Below are positions 13,847 to 28,323 of a DNA stretch of 64,000 nucleotides, piece by piece. This stretch comes from the human T2T-CHM13v2.0 reference genome, Homo sapiens. How positions within the stretch are numbered: the stretch's first letter is position 1; the number at the start of each line of letters is the position of its first letter. The notes beneath the pieces are model-generated. The model was not told the origin of the DNA. It saw only the letters and a list, made by a program, of their open reading frames with translations, and ran no database searches. Position numbers and translations under genes: made by a program. The DNA lies in NCBI RefSeq assembly GCF_009914755.1, contig NC_060947.1; one strand, written 5' to 3'.

Positions 13847-16178
13847 TTTTTTTCTTTCCATATTTTATTGTAGGTTCAAGAGGTATATGGGCAGATTTGG
13901 TACATGGATAAATTGCCAGTCACAGGGATTTGGTGTACAGAAAATTTTGTCATCCAGGTAATCAATATAATATTCAATATATTTTTAATCCTTACCCTCC
14001 TCCCTCCCTCCACTCTCAAGTAGGCCCCAATGTATATTGTTCTTTTTTTTGTGTCCATGTGTACTCTATGTTTCCCTCACACTTATAAGTGAAAATATGC
14101 AGCATTTGGATTTTTGGTCCTGTGTTAATTCACTAAGGATGGTCTTCAGCTGCATCCATGTTGCTGCAAAGGACATGATTTTATTCTATTTTATGGCTGG
14201 ATAGTATTCCATGGTGTATATGTGCCACATTTTTTTATCCAGTCCACCATCAATGGGCATTTAGGTTCATTCCGTGTCTTTGCTATTGTGAATAGTGCTG
14301 CAATAAACATACACATGCATGTATCTTTATAATGGAATGATATGCATTCCTTTGGGTATATACCCAGTAATGGGATGGCTGGGTCAAATGGTATTTCTGC
14401 CTCTAAGTCTTTGAGGAATCACCAAACTGTCTTCCACAGTGGTTGAATTAATTTACACTCTCACCAACAATGTAAAAGCATTCCTTTTCCTCCATAACCT
14501 CTCCATCATCTGTTTTTATCTGTTTTTTTTTTGTTGTTGTTGTTGTTTATTTGTTTTACTTTTTTGTAATATCCATTCATCCTAGCCATTCTGACTGGCA
14601 TGAGATGGTATCTCATTGTGGTTTTTATTTTCATTTATCTAAGGATTAGTAGTATTGAGCATTTTTTCATATGATTTTTGGCCATGCATATGCCTTCTTT
14701 TAAAAAGTATCTGTTCATGACCCTTGCCCATCTTTTAATAGGGCTGTTTGGTTTTATTTTTTTGATTTAAGTTTCTTATAGAGTTTGGATATTGCACCTT
14801 TGTCAAATGCACAGTTTGCAAATATTTTCTCCCATTTCTGTAAATTGTCTGTTAACTCTGTTAATAGTTTTTTTTTTCCTATGCAAAATCTCTTATTTTA
14901 ATTAAGTTCCACTTGTCAATTTTTCTTTTAGTTGCAATTGCTTTTGACATCTTCATCATGAAGTCTTTGTCAGGATTGATGTCGAGAATGCTATTTCCTA
15001 GGTTTTCTTCTAGATTTTTTAAGAGTTTTAGGCCTTACATCTTTAATCCATCTTTAGTTGATTTTTGAATATGATAAATGGAAGAGGTTCAGTTTCAATC
15101 TTCTGCATATGGCTAGCCAGTTATTCCACAATTTATTGAATAGGAATTCTTTCCCCATTGCTTATTATTGTCAGCTTTCTTAAAGATCAGATGGTTTTAG
15201 GTGAATGTCTTTACTCCTGAGTTCTCCAACCTGTTACATTGGTCTGTGTGTCTGTTTTTGTATCAGTACCACGCTCCTTTAGTTACTGTAGCTTTATAGT
15301 ATAGTTTATAGAAGTCAGGTAGTGTGATACCTCCACCTTTGTTCTTTTTGCTTCAGATTTCTTGGCTACTTGGGGCTATTTTTTGATTCCAAATGAATTT
15401 TACAATATTTTTCTTTATAATTCTGTACAGAATGTCATTGGTAGTTTAATAGGAACAGCACTGAATCTGTAAATTGCTTTGGGCAGTATGGCCATTTTAA
15501 CAATATTGATTTTTTCTATTCATGAACATGGAATGTTTTTTCATTTGTTTGTGTCATGTTTGATTTATTTCAGCAGTGTTTTGTAATTCTCATTGTAGAG
15601 TTATTTTATCTTCCTGGTTAGTTGTAGTCCTAGGTATTTTAATCTTCTTATGGTTATTGGGAAGGGGACTGCAATCTTGATTTGGCTCTCAGCTTGGATG
15701 TTATTCATATATAAAAATACTACTGTTATGTATACATCGATTTTATATACTGAAACTTTGCTGAAATTGTTTATCAGCTCTAGGAGTCTTTGGGCACAGA
15801 TTATGGAGTTTTCTAAGGATAAATAATATTGTCTGAAAATAGATAGTTTGCTTTTTTCTATTCGTATTTGGATGCCTTTTATTTTTTTCTTGCCTGATTG
15901 CTCTGGCTAGAAACTACCCATACTATATTGAATAGGAGTGGTGACAGTGAGCACCTTTGTCTTTTACCAGTTCTCTCGGGAAATGATTCCTGCTTTTGAC
16001 CATTCAGTATGATGTTGCCAGTGGGTTTGTCATAGGTGGCTCTTATTATTTTGAGGTATCTTTGATTTCTAGTTTGTTGAGGGTTTTTAACATGAAAGAA
16101 TGTTGAATTTCATCAAAAGCCTTTTCTGCCTCCATTGTGACGATCATGTGGTTTGCTTTTAGTTCTGTTTATGTGATG
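13847..16178 (-). mobile_element. 5'-truncated L1PA15/16
   Basis: Antisense L1PA16-type 3' UTR (ttttattgtaggttcaagaggtatatgggcagatttgg...ctctcaagtaggcccc) followed by the ORF2 3' half. Confidence 0.88.
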
Positions 16179-16469
16179 TTCTTATTGTGCAGCATGACAA
16201 TTAGTTATAAAAGGTAAACAGGGCACATAATGAGTGCAATTTAATTTTACTCATACATAAAAAGGCTGAATTTTTTTCAAGTTTTTAAAATTATTGCATG
16301 TTACTATGTTCTGAGTGTTATAAAGATTATTCAAATATAAGATCGTTGTTGAGGCATCTGTAATTAGTGTTTGATATTAAAAACTTTTTCTTGATATCAG
16401 AGATAACTTAATTTAACATGTTTATTATACTTATGCCATCACATTAAAAAGAAAAGGGCATGTATCTGA

Positions 16470-16740
16470 TTTACTGAGGCTGGAGTTGACTACAATCCCC
16501 TGGCATCTGTCCATTGCATCACTCTTCTTCTTCAAGATTCTTCTTCAAACATCAGGTGTTCCTGATTCACTACCATCTCTCCAGTCACCATGGTGCTGAT
16601 GGTCTCCAAGTAGTTATACTTTGGTCCACGATGGTGGTATTTAATTCCTAGGACTGACAGTACTACAATCCTGCTGCAAGAGGGAATATCTGACCCAGAC
16701 CACGCAAATTACATTGTCAGATTCCCCCTTCTTTCTATCT
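16470..16740 (-). mobile_element. Probable ERVL (HERV16/ERV3-16A3-like) internal 3' end with PPT and start of an LTR
   Basis: The minus strand reads aagggggaatctg...ttgcagcaggattgtag...tggacagatgccaggggat-TGTAG, resembling an ERVL pol end, polypurine tract and LTR start. Confidence 0.45.
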
Positions 16741-16924
16741 TTTAGACCAAAAAGTTTTTTAGCAATAAGATAGAATGGCTCCTTATATATTCTTCCAAAT
16801 ATACTATTTATGAAATAAATTTTAAGTTATTAGCTCTTTAGTATATTGTCTAGTGGAAACCACTGTCCTAGACCCTTAGAAATTGAAAATTTATTCTCTC
16901 AAACTCTCTGTTTAAAACAACGGA

Positions 16925-17223
<299 letters not shown>

Positions 17224-17639
17224 TGAATAAAGGGATTTTGTTTTTGTTCTGTTTGCATTTCTCCTTTAAAATCTCTTTCCTGAAGATTAGTGGGATGAAG
17301 GACTACAAATGTAAAAAAATTATTTGAAGAAAAAAGAAAAGCAAATGCATAAATATTATATCAAATTAATATTCAGACTTACTTCACTTCTAACTTGTTG
17401 CTTTATCCTCCACCAAGGATGATGGTTTAATTTATATCTTCTGAAACAAACCATAAATTAAACCATATTCTTCCTAATTTCAAATTTCTCCCTAAAAATG
17501 TGGAGATTTTCATTTAATTTGTCTACTATCTAGCACAATAATTTAATAGGTGCTCAAAAAATGTTTACATGTGTGCTTATGTAGGTATAAGTTCAGGATT
17601 CCACCATGATCTTTAATTGAAGACTTAATTTTATTATTT

Positions 17640-17790
17640 CATTAATTCATTCAATATTGAAAAGATAGTCATTTACAGCTTTTTCATTACCAGACACTTC
17701 TAGATTCTAGTGATAAAAACATGAAAATATAAATGTCCTACTATTGTGCCCTTTAAGACATCACAGTCTAGTAAAGAAGACAGTCAAGCA
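17640..17790 (-). mobile_element. L2 3' end fragment
   Basis: ttcattaattcattcaa...accagacacttctagattctagtgataaaaacatgaa...cacagtctagtaaagaagacag. Confidence 0.55.
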
Positions 17791-18149
17791 AACAGAAAAT
17801 AGTATCAAGAAGCATATACGGCATATATCAAGAGTCATCAAGAGGTATTTTAAAAGTGTGGTAAGTTTGCTTCACTAATGTATCCCCAGCGCATAGCATA
17901 GTGTCTACCATACAGAAGATATTCTATCATTAAGAAGAGTATTGATTTTTTACAGGTAAGTATTACAAAGGAGCAATATGTTTCGCTATGAAGGCATAGT
18001 TAGGCTTGTAGTTTGTCACAAATAAACTGTAACCAGTTACTGACAAGCTGTCAATATTTATAAAAGATTTCCCTTTTATAAAATTTAACTGTTTCTGCTT
18101 ATAGTAATATTCCCGCTCTCTTTTATTCCAAAGTATTTAGACTGGTTGT

Positions 18150-18388
18150 TTAGTGCAGAATAAAATTTGTTGAAATGAGGATCTGAATACTGTTTCTAAT
18201 TCTTACTAAAAATGTGACTTTGGGGAGTTTATCTACTCTTTCTGAGCTTTGACTATCTTATCTGTAATATAGAGATAATAGAAGTACCACTTCATAGACG
18301 TGCTGTATGGATTAAATGCTTAATGTATGTGAAGTGCTTGTAACAGTCCTGGCACATAGTAAGCGCTATATAAGCATTAGCTATTCTT
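18150..18388 (+). mobile_element. MIR SINE
   Basis: tgtgactttggggag...cttatctgtaatatagagataatagaagtacc...gtgaagtgcttgtaacagtcctggcacatagtaagcgctatataagcattagc. Confidence 0.8.
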
Positions 18389-18402
18389 ATCATGTTATAG
18401 GT

Positions 18403-18723
18403 ACCCCCCCTCCACCCCCCGCCCCGCCCCGGAGTCTCACTCTGTCGCCCAGGCTGGAGTGCAGTGGCACAATCTCGGCTCACTGCAAGCTCCGCCTCCC
18501 GGGTTCACGCCATTCTGCCTCAGCCTCCCCAGTAGCTGGGTACAGGCAACTGCCACCACGCCCGGCTAAATTTTTTTTTTTTTTTTTTTTTTTTTTTGTA
18601 TTTTTAGTAGAGACGGGGTTTCACCGTGTTAGCCAGGATGGTCTCGATCTTCTGACCTCTTGATCGGTCCGCCTTGGCCTCCCAAAGTGATGGGATTACA
18701 GGCGTGAGCCACCGCACCCAGCC
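18403..18723 (-). mobile_element. AluY with a G-rich tract in place of the A-tail
   Basis: AluY diagnostics (gcaagctccgcctcccgggttcacgccattct; gttagccaggatggtctcgatc). Middle linker expanded to about T27; C-rich 18404-18430 replaces the expected poly(T). Confidence 0.9.
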
Positions 18724-21700
18724 AGTATAGGTTTTTTGTACAAGTAACAAGAGGCAAGAGTCTAACAAAGCTTGCTAGCAGTTGCATGTTATCCTGGGTG
18801 GGTCCATAGAAATGGTTGTGCTGTGTGAACTATGTCATTTGGTTCTAAGAGAAAAACAATTGAAAGTTAACTGTGAGATAGTAAGTACAGGATATCTGAG
18901 AGTCTGTAAAAGCAGCATCTCAGCACTTCACGTAATCAATATGTGACAAACATAAATTACAAAGAATAATTTATTTCTTTTAGGTTAACTTATTTTTTAG
19001 GCCAGGTATCTATTAGTCATTAGGCTTGCTGACTGATTTCTTGTATCTTCACCTGAAATCCTTTCTTTCATTCTGAGTTAAGATTATTACTTTGAATCTG
19101 AGCTAAAGCAATCTGTCCCCTAGAAAATAGTTAAATACTTAAGAATTTTTTTTCTCTTTTCTAGATATGTTATCCTGTAATCTTAAATCAGTGCCTCTTC
19201 TTAATCTAGGAAGTGATTCTCAAACTTCAAGATTCTGATAGAATATGTCAAAAATCTGACATTTCCTGCTACTCTCTACAGCTTTTGCCACTCTGAGCCA
19301 CACGAGGAATGTACATTATTACACTTAGAGGTGTCTCTCCCCCTTTTATCTAGATATAACTAGTGCAGAAACTAAGAGGAAATGCAAAGATAGGATAAAA
19401 GAGAATGGCTTTCTCTGCAGATTACTACCTAGTGATTTCTTTTCACTGTAGTCCATCTAAAGGCTGTCTGGTTATGTCTTATTGGTATTCCTCCTTGTAG
19501 TATAAATGAGCAAATTTCTTGGCACCTGCTGAAGAGTTATATTAATTTGTGCAGCTGCTACATTTGAATTTTCAGGATCCCGTAGTTTTATTTCCTGAAA
19601 CTTAACTGGCGATGGTAACGGGAAAACATTCATAAGAAATAACTTTAGGTGTTTCATATATACTATTTATGTAAATTTTACATAAGCAGATAAATCGGGA
19701 TTTTTGCTTAATTTCGAATATTATGTAGAGAGGCCACATTTATTTTGAAAATCTGGTCTCTCTATATAATATTATAAATTAAGCAAAAATCCAAATTAGC
19801 AATGCTTTGTTGGCTTGTTTATTTTACAAGCTTGCACAGCATGTTAAAAGAAGAGGTAATCACATATTACTGGGACAGATATGTCATTATTTTTCTAGAT
19901 CTAAGAAATATGAATAATTATGTTTGTTCTTCATATATAGCTTTGTGTGCAACACTCTTACGTAGATATTTACATCACTTATCAAAATCCACTTCAGGCA
20001 TTTGCACAAACACAAAATACATAAGCTCTTCACATTAAAATAATAGCTCTGAGGAAGTGTCAAGATGCTGACTAGAAGCAGCTAGTGTGTGCTGCTGTCA
20101 CTGAGAAAACATACAGGCAGTAAACATTACCTCTTCAACTGGATTATCCAGGAGGACACGTTGGGATTCATTAGGGAAGCAACATGACACACAGAGATCA
20201 GAGAGGAGTGAGACAGGACAGCTGCCCACCCAGGACTGGCACAGACTGCAGGGAGAAACCCCACCATGAAAAATGGTGACTCAGCAAGAGCCCCTAGGAA
20301 CCATACACTTTATTCCATGGACTCTTGAATCCTGGGTGCATAAGATCCTCCTTCCCCTGCCCCTGGGGCCTCTAGACTGAAATGGAGAGCAGTGTGCATT
20401 CTGGGCAAAGACATCATTCAGGCCCACATGGAAGCCCAAAGATCTTGCATCCCTGAGAATCCCAGCTCCAGCTGCCATAGCCCCACCAAAAAGGGATGCC
20501 AGGCTCTCTCACATGCCTCCAGAAGAGGGGACATATCAATGGTGTTGAGGAGCAGACAGCCTCTAGGTCTTGCCTCCGCTGCACTGCACCGAGCAAAGCC
20601 CACTGGCCTGGAACCCCAGCATAGCCACCCCACCCACAGCTGAGCACTTGGGCCAGTTGCAGCTCTGCATTTCTCTGAGACTGAGCTCCCAGAGGTAACT
20701 GACAGGCCTAAGCTATTGCCATTGCTCCAGCCTACTGCCATCAGGCTAGGGAAGGAATGAAGAGAAGAATTATTGTAGGCCACCTTCAGCACACCAGAGC
20801 TGCCATATGGAAAAGCAGCCAGACTGTTTTCCACACAAGAAACAAGGCAGCATGTGTGCCCAGCTTGGGCCCACACTGCAGCTGTCTTACCCTTGGCTGA
20901 ACATTCCCATTGGCGGGAGCTCTGTGTCACTCTGGGCTAAAGTTCTCAGAGGCAACTGACTCTGGAAGTTTCATCCCTGGGAACTGATACCTCCACCACT
21001 ACCACGACCTTGCTATCCTTGGGCTGTAGAGCAACAAAAACCTTGATCACTTTGCTTGCACCTTCAGCACACCGCAGCTGCCATATGGAGAAGGGGTCAG
21101 TCTTCTCTGTGCGCCCCTGATGCCCTGCCTTTTACCAGGCAGGATGACCGTCTTGGGCCTGTAGCACAGCATCTCCACTCCTTGCTGAATATTCTCATTG
21201 GCAGTGGCTCTGTTTCTCTCTAAGGAGGAGTTCTCAGAAGCAACTGGCAACCCCTCTACCACTGTCACCAGGCTGGGAATGCAACAAAGAGCCTGAGTGC
21301 TTTACTTGTACCCCCACCATGCCACAGCCACCCTACAGAGAAGAGATCAGACTGTCTTTCTCATAAGTCCACTGCCACCTCTGTTCTTCACCAGGCAGAG
21401 TTGAAAGGCTTGGGCTCACAGTACAGCTGCCCCTGTATAATCATTTTGATTGGCAGCAGCTCAGCATTTCTCAGGGGTGGAGCCCCCAGAGACAAGTGAA
21501 AGACCCTCTGACATTACCACTGCCAAGAGTACCACCACCACTGCCCCAAAGCTGAGGAGGGAACAAAACATCTGAGCTTGCCCCAGGTCTGTGGTGCACA
21601 GCCTGAGAGTGCCAAGCCAAGATTAGTGGCCAGAACTTGAGTGGGAGAGGAACCCACAGTTTCAGAGCAGTTCCATGCAAAAACCACTTTGCTAATATAC

Positions 21701-22685
21701 ACCCCTGTGAATCCAAGAACATCAATTCAGCCACAAATAAAGACCCTCCCCCAAAGCGTTGGCTCTCTTAAAACAGTCACAAACAGAGGTCAATTGAATA
21801 TGCTCAAATTACACCACAGGTAAAGAAACAACAACACAAAGATGGGAAAACAAAACAAGACAACAGCAAAACAAAACAAAAAACAGCACAAGAACTGTGG
21901 CAACTATAAAATCCAGAACATCTTTGTACCTGCAAATTTCTACACTAGTTCCAAACAATTGTACTGAACCAGAGAGAAAAAGATTAAATGACTAATGTAG
22001 ATTTCAGAATCTGAATGGCAATGAAGATTATAAAGATTCAGGAGAAAGTTAAAATCCAACGCAAGGAATCTAAAGAATCCAGTAAAACAATATAAGAGAT
22101 GAAAGACTAGCCATTTTAAGAAAGAATCAAACTGATCTGATAGGGCTGAAAAACTATCAGAATTTCATAGTACAATCAGAAGTATTAATTGAAGAATAGA
22201 CCAACCTGAGAAAAAAATTTCAGTGCTCCAAGCCCAGTTCTTCAAATTAGCTCAGTCAGACAAAAATAAAGAGAAAAGAATAAAAAAAAAAATTAAGAAA
22301 ACCTCTGAGAAATATGGGATTAAGTAAGGAGACAAAACATATGACTCCTTGTTATCCCTGAAAGAGAAAGAGAGAGAGCAAGAAACTCAGAGAATATATT
22401 TGAGAATTTTGTACACAAAATTTTCCCCAACCTTGCTAGACAGGCTGGCACTCAAATTTGGGAAATTTGGAGAAGCCTTGCAAGATAGTATAACAAGATG
22501 ACTATCCCCAAGACACATAGTAATTAATTAGGTTTTCCAAGGCCAAGGTGAGAGAAAAAAATGTTAAAGGCAACTGGAGGGAAGTGGAAGGTCAGCTACA
22601 AAGGGGACCCCATCAGGCGGACAGCAGACTTTTCAGCAGAAACTCTACAAGCCAGAAGAGAGCAGGAGCCTATAGTCAGTATTCT

Positions 22686-23028
22686 TTTTTTTATTTTTTT
22701 ATTATACTTTAAGTTTTAGGGTACATGTGCACAACGTGCAGGTTTGTTACATATGTATACATGTGCCATGTTGGTGTGTTGCACCCATTAACTAGTCATT
22801 TAGCATTAGGTATATTTCCTAATGCTATCCCTCCTCCCTCCCCCCACCCCACAACAGTCCCCGGTGTGTGAAGTCAGTGTGGCGATTCCTCAGGGGCCTA
22901 GAACTAGAAATACCATTTGAACCAGCCATCCCATTACTGGGTATATACCCAAAGGATTATAAATCATGCTGCTATAAAGACACATGCACACGTATGTTTA
23001 TTGCGGCTATTCACAATAGCAGAGACTT
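22686..23028 (-). mobile_element. Twin-primed (5'-inverted) L1PA4-like insertion
   Basis: Antisense 3' end at 22686-22871, then a sense piece at 22870-23028. TSD ggagcctatagtcag(t/c)attct at 22665-22685 and 23029-23049. Confidence 0.9.
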
Positions 23029-23988
23029 GGAGCCTATAGTCAGCATTCTAAGAAAAAAAAGAAATTTCAACCAAGAATATTATATTCAGTCAAACTATCA
23101 TTCATAAGCAAAGGAGAAACAAATGCTGATGGAAATTGTTATGATCTGATATGCCTTACTAGAGGTCCTTAAGGGAGTGCTAAGGGAAAACCCATTACAG
23201 GCCAACACAGAAATTCACATATGTACATAGACCATTGACACTATAAAGCAACTATACAATCAAGTCCACATAACAACCAGCTAAAAACATGACAAAATCA
23301 AATTTGCAAATACTCATATTAACCTTGAATGTAAATAGGTTAAATGCCCTATTTATAAGGCACAAAATTGCACGTTCAATAAAGAAGCAAGACCCAACTG
23401 TATGCTTTCTTCAAAAGACACATCTCACATGAGAGGACACACATAGGCTCTAAGTAAAGGGCTAAAGAAAGATCTATCAAGTAAACAGAAAACAAAAAAG
23501 AGCAGGTTTGCTAATATTATTTCAGACAAAACAGCATTTAAACCAACAACGATCAAAAAGGAAAAAGAAAAACATTACATAATAATAGAGAATTCAATTC
23601 AACAAGATTTAACTATTTTAAATATATATGCAAACAACACTAGAGAACTGAGGTTTATAGAACAAGTTCCTAGAGACTTGCAAAGAAAATTAGATAACTA
23701 CACAACAATAATAGTGGGAGACTTCAACTTCCGTCTGACTCCAAGAGACACCATCCCTCATTTTGCCTCCATCATCTAAGGAGACAAAATCTAACAAGCA
23801 TATTGAGGACTTAACTCTTGACACTTGATCAAATAGATGGAAGAGACATTTACAGAACACTCTACCCAAAAAGAACAGAATATACATTCTTTTCTTCTGC
23901 ACATAACACATAATCTAAAATTGACCACATGCTTGGAAATAAAGCAATTCTGATCAAATATAAAAGAAAACCAAAACAATACCAATCA

Positions 23989-24332
<344 letters not shown>

Positions 24333-24423
24333 TCAGTACTGAGAAGGTTTCTCAAAATTATAAAATTACACAACCTGCTTTTGAATGACTTTTGGGGAAG
24401 CAATGAAACTAAGGAAGAAATCA

Positions 24424-24956
24424 ACCCAGCAATCCCATTACTGGGTATATACCCAAAGGATTATAAATCATGCTGCTATAAAGACACATGCACACGTATG
24501 TTTATTGTGGCACTATTCACAATAGCAAACACTTGGAACCAACCCAAATGTCCAACAGTGATAGACTGGATTAAGAAAATGTGGCACATATACACCATGG
24601 AATACTATGCAGCCATAAAAAAGGATGAGTTCATGTCCTTTGTAGGGACATGGATGAAACTGGAAACCATCATTCTCAGCAAACTATCGCAAGGACAAAA
24701 AAACAAACACCACATGTTCTCACTCAGGTGGGAATTGAACAATGAGAACACATGGACACAGGAAAGGGAACATCACACACTGGGGCCTGTTGTGGGGTGG
24801 GGGGAGGAGGGAGGGATAGCATTAGGAGATATACCTAATGTTAAATGAGGAGTTAATGGGTGCAGCACACCAACATGGAACATGTATACATGCGTAACTA
24901 ACCTGCATGTTGTGCACATGTACGCTAAAACTTAAAGTATAATTAAAAAAAAAAAA
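24424..24956 (+). mobile_element. 5'-truncated L1PA4/5 3' end
   Basis: ORF2 C-terminus ([26 protein letters not shown]...) plus the young-type 3' UTR and poly(A). Confidence 0.9.
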
Positions 24957-27900
24957 CGAAAATAATGAAAACAAAGAAACAACATACCAGAAAGTATGGA
25001 ACACAGCTAAAGTATTAAGAAACACATTTATAGTGATAAATGCACACATGAAAAAGTAAGATCAAAAATTAGCAACCCAATAGCCTGCCTTGAGCTAGAA
25101 AAACAGGAGCAATCCAGCCCCAAAGCTGGCAGAGGAAAATAAATTATCGAAACAAGAACAAAACTAAATGAGAGATGAGAAAAAATAAAACATACAAAAG
25201 ATCAACTACACAAAAGTTTGTTCTTCAAAAGAATAAATAAGATTGGTAGACCACTAGCTAGACTATGAAAGAAAAAAGAGAGAAAATTCAAATAAAGACA
25301 ACCAGAAATGACAAAAGAGACATTACCAACAACCCCACAAAAAACAAAAGTCCCTCAAAGACTATTAAGAATACCTCTATGCACACAAACCAGAAAATGT
25401 AAAAAAAAAATAGACAAATTCCTGGAAACATAAAATCTCCCAAGCTTGAACTAGGAAGAAATTGAAATCCTGAACTGAACAATAATGAGTTTTTAAATTG
25501 AATCAGTAATAAAAATCCTACAAACCAGAAAAAGGACTTGACCAAATGAATTCACAGCTGAATTCAACAAAATGTATAAAGAAGAGTTGAAACCAATTCT
25601 ACTGAAACTATTTCAAAAGACAGGAGTAGGGACTCCTTCCATGCTCATTCTGTGAGACCAGCATCACTGTGATACCAACACTGACAGAGACACAACAACA
25701 ACAACAACAACAACAAAAACAAAAATCTTTAGGCCAATATCCTTAAGAAACATAAATGCAAATATTCTCATCACAATACTAGCAAACTGAATTCCAACAG
25801 CACATCAAAATGTTAATCTACCATGATCAAGTAAGCATTGTTTCTGGGATGCAAGTTTGACTGGACATACTTAAATCAATAAATGAGATTCACCACATAA
25901 ACAGAACTAAACTCCAAAATCTTACGATCATGTCAATAGATGCAGAAAAGACTTGTGATAAAGTTCAACATTCCTTAATGTTAAAAACCCTCATCAAACT
26001 AGGCATTGAAGGAACATGACTTAAAATATTAAGAGCTATCTATGAAAACCCACAGAAAACATCATATAGAATGAGCAAAAGCTGGAAGCATTCCCCTTGA
26101 GGACCAGAACAAAACAAGGAACCCCACTCTCGCTACTGTTATTCAACACAAGACTGAAAATCCTAGCCAGAGCAATTAGGCAAGACAATTAAATAAAAGG
26201 CATCTATATAGAAAAAGAAGAAGTCAAAATATCTCTCTCCATAGACAATATAATTTGACATTAAGAAAACCCCATAGTCTCTGTCCAAAGGCTTTTATAT
26301 CTGATAAACTGTTTCAACATAGTTTCAGTACACAAAATTAATTTTGAAAAATCAGTAGCATTTCTATACACCAATAACATCCATGCTGAGAGTCAAATAA
26401 AAAATGCAATCCTGCTCACAATAGCCACAAAAACAATAAAATACCTAACTAAAGAAGCGAAAGCTCTCTACAACAAGAATTATAAAACACTGCTCAGAAA
26501 AATCAGAGATGACACAAATAAACGGAAAAACATTCCACGCTCATGAATAGGAGAATTAATATTGTTAAAATGGCCATACTGCCCAAAGCAATTTACAGAT
26601 TCAGTGCTATTCCTATCAAACTACCAATGAGATTCTTCACAAAATTAGAAAAAACTATTTTAAAATACATATGGAGCCAATAAAGGGCCCAAAGAGCCAA
26701 ATAAATCTTAAACAAAAAGAATAGAGCTGGAGCCATCACTCTATGTGACTTAAAATGATACTACAAGGCTACACTAACCAAAACAGTGTGGTACTGGTAC
26801 AAAAACAAACATATAGACCAATGCAAGAGTTTAGGGAACTGAGAAATAAAGCCACACACTTAAAACCATCTGATCTTCAAGAAAGCTGACAATAGTAAGC
26901 CATGGGGAAAGAGTCCCTATTCAATAAATTGTGCTGGGATAACTGGCTACCCATATGGAGAAGATTGAAACTGGACCCGCTCATTTTACCATATACAAAA
27001 ATAAATGCAAGATGGATCAAATACTTAAATGTAAAACCTAAACCTATAAAAACTCTACAAGCAAACCTAGGAAATACCATTCTGGTAATCGGCTCTGGCA
27101 AACACTTCATGACAAAGATGCTGAAAGCAGTTGCAACTAACTCAAAAATTGACAAGTAAGACATAATTAAAGAGAATCCTCACAGCAAAAGAAACTATCA
27201 ACAAATAGACTATAAACAGACAACCTACATAATGGGAGAAAATATTTGCAAACTATGCATTTGACTAAGATCTAATATCCATATTCTATAAGGAATTTAA
27301 ACAAATCAATAAGCAAAGGTAAACAACCTCAATAATAAATGGGGGAAGAACATGAAGAGAACATTCTAAAAAGAAGCCAAAAAGTGTATGAAAAAATGTC
27401 AATATCAGTAATCATTAAGAAAATGCAAACAAAACCACAATGAGATATAATCTCACAGCAGTCAGAATGGCTATTACTAAAGAGTCAAAAACCAACAGAT
27501 GATGGCTAGGTTGTGGAGAAAAGAAAACAGTTATACACTGCTAGTGGGAATGTAAATTAGATCAGCCACTGTAGAAAGCAGTCTGGAGAGTTCTCAAATA
27601 ACTTAAAATACAGAACTTAAAAGGACTAAGCAATTTCATTATTGAGTGTGTACCCAGATAAATATAAATAGTTCTACCATGAAGACACAAGCATGCCTAT
27701 CTTCACGGCAGCACCATTCACAAGAGCAAAGTCATGGAATAAACCTAGATGGCCATCAATAGTGAAATGGATAAAGCAAATGTGGTACATATTCACCTTG
27801 GAATACTACCTCACCATAATAAATAATGAAATTATGTTCTTTGCAACAACATTGATGAATCTGGGGACCATTATCCTAAGCAAATTGATGCAGGAACATA

Positions 27901-28044
27901 AAATCAAATATCACACGCTCTCACATATAAGTGTGAGCTAAACACTGAGTACACATGGACAGAAAGAAGGGAACAATAGACACCGGAGCCTACTTGTAGG
28001 TAAAGCATGGGTGGATGGTGAGGGTTGAAAAACTACCTATCAGG

Positions 28045-28281
28045 GTAACTAACCTGCATGTTGTGCACATGTACCCTAAAACTTATCGAGTATAATAAAA
28101 AAAATAAAATAAAATAAAATAAAAATAAATGAAAAAAAAAAAAAAAAAAGAGAAATGCCATATATAGTCAAAAGTTACTGACTTGTAGAAAGATTTAGCA
28201 TGCATATCACAAGGACTAATGTCTTTTAAGTTTCAGAGCCCATGTGGATTTCTTCTTCAGTGAATAAATAAATCCTTTAGC

Positions 28282-28316
<35 letters not shown>
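28045..28316 (+). mobile_element. L1PA 3' tip carrying a 3' transduction
   Basis: L1 tip at 28045-28095, A-rich tail, ~135 bp of non-L1 sequence with AATAAA, second poly(A). 17-bp TSD aaaaactacctatcagg at 28028-28044 and 28317-28333. Confidence 0.9.

Positions 28317-28323
<7 letters not shown>

Noticed and set aside
16533-16675. Minus-strand terminal-exon-like frame (IVVLSVLGIKYHHRGPKYNYLETISTMVTGEMVVNQEHLMFEEES*) after a ttccctcttgcag acceptor
   Set aside because: No recognisable protein and no upstream partner exons; the flanking motifs fit an ERVL internal 3' end and PPT better.
19420-19660. Exon-like segment with splice signals on both strands
   Set aside because: Stops in all frames between the plausible splice sites, and no supporting neighbouring exons.
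20281-21823. Cluster of GC-richer ORFs
   Set aside because: All lie within the L1PA16 5' UTR.
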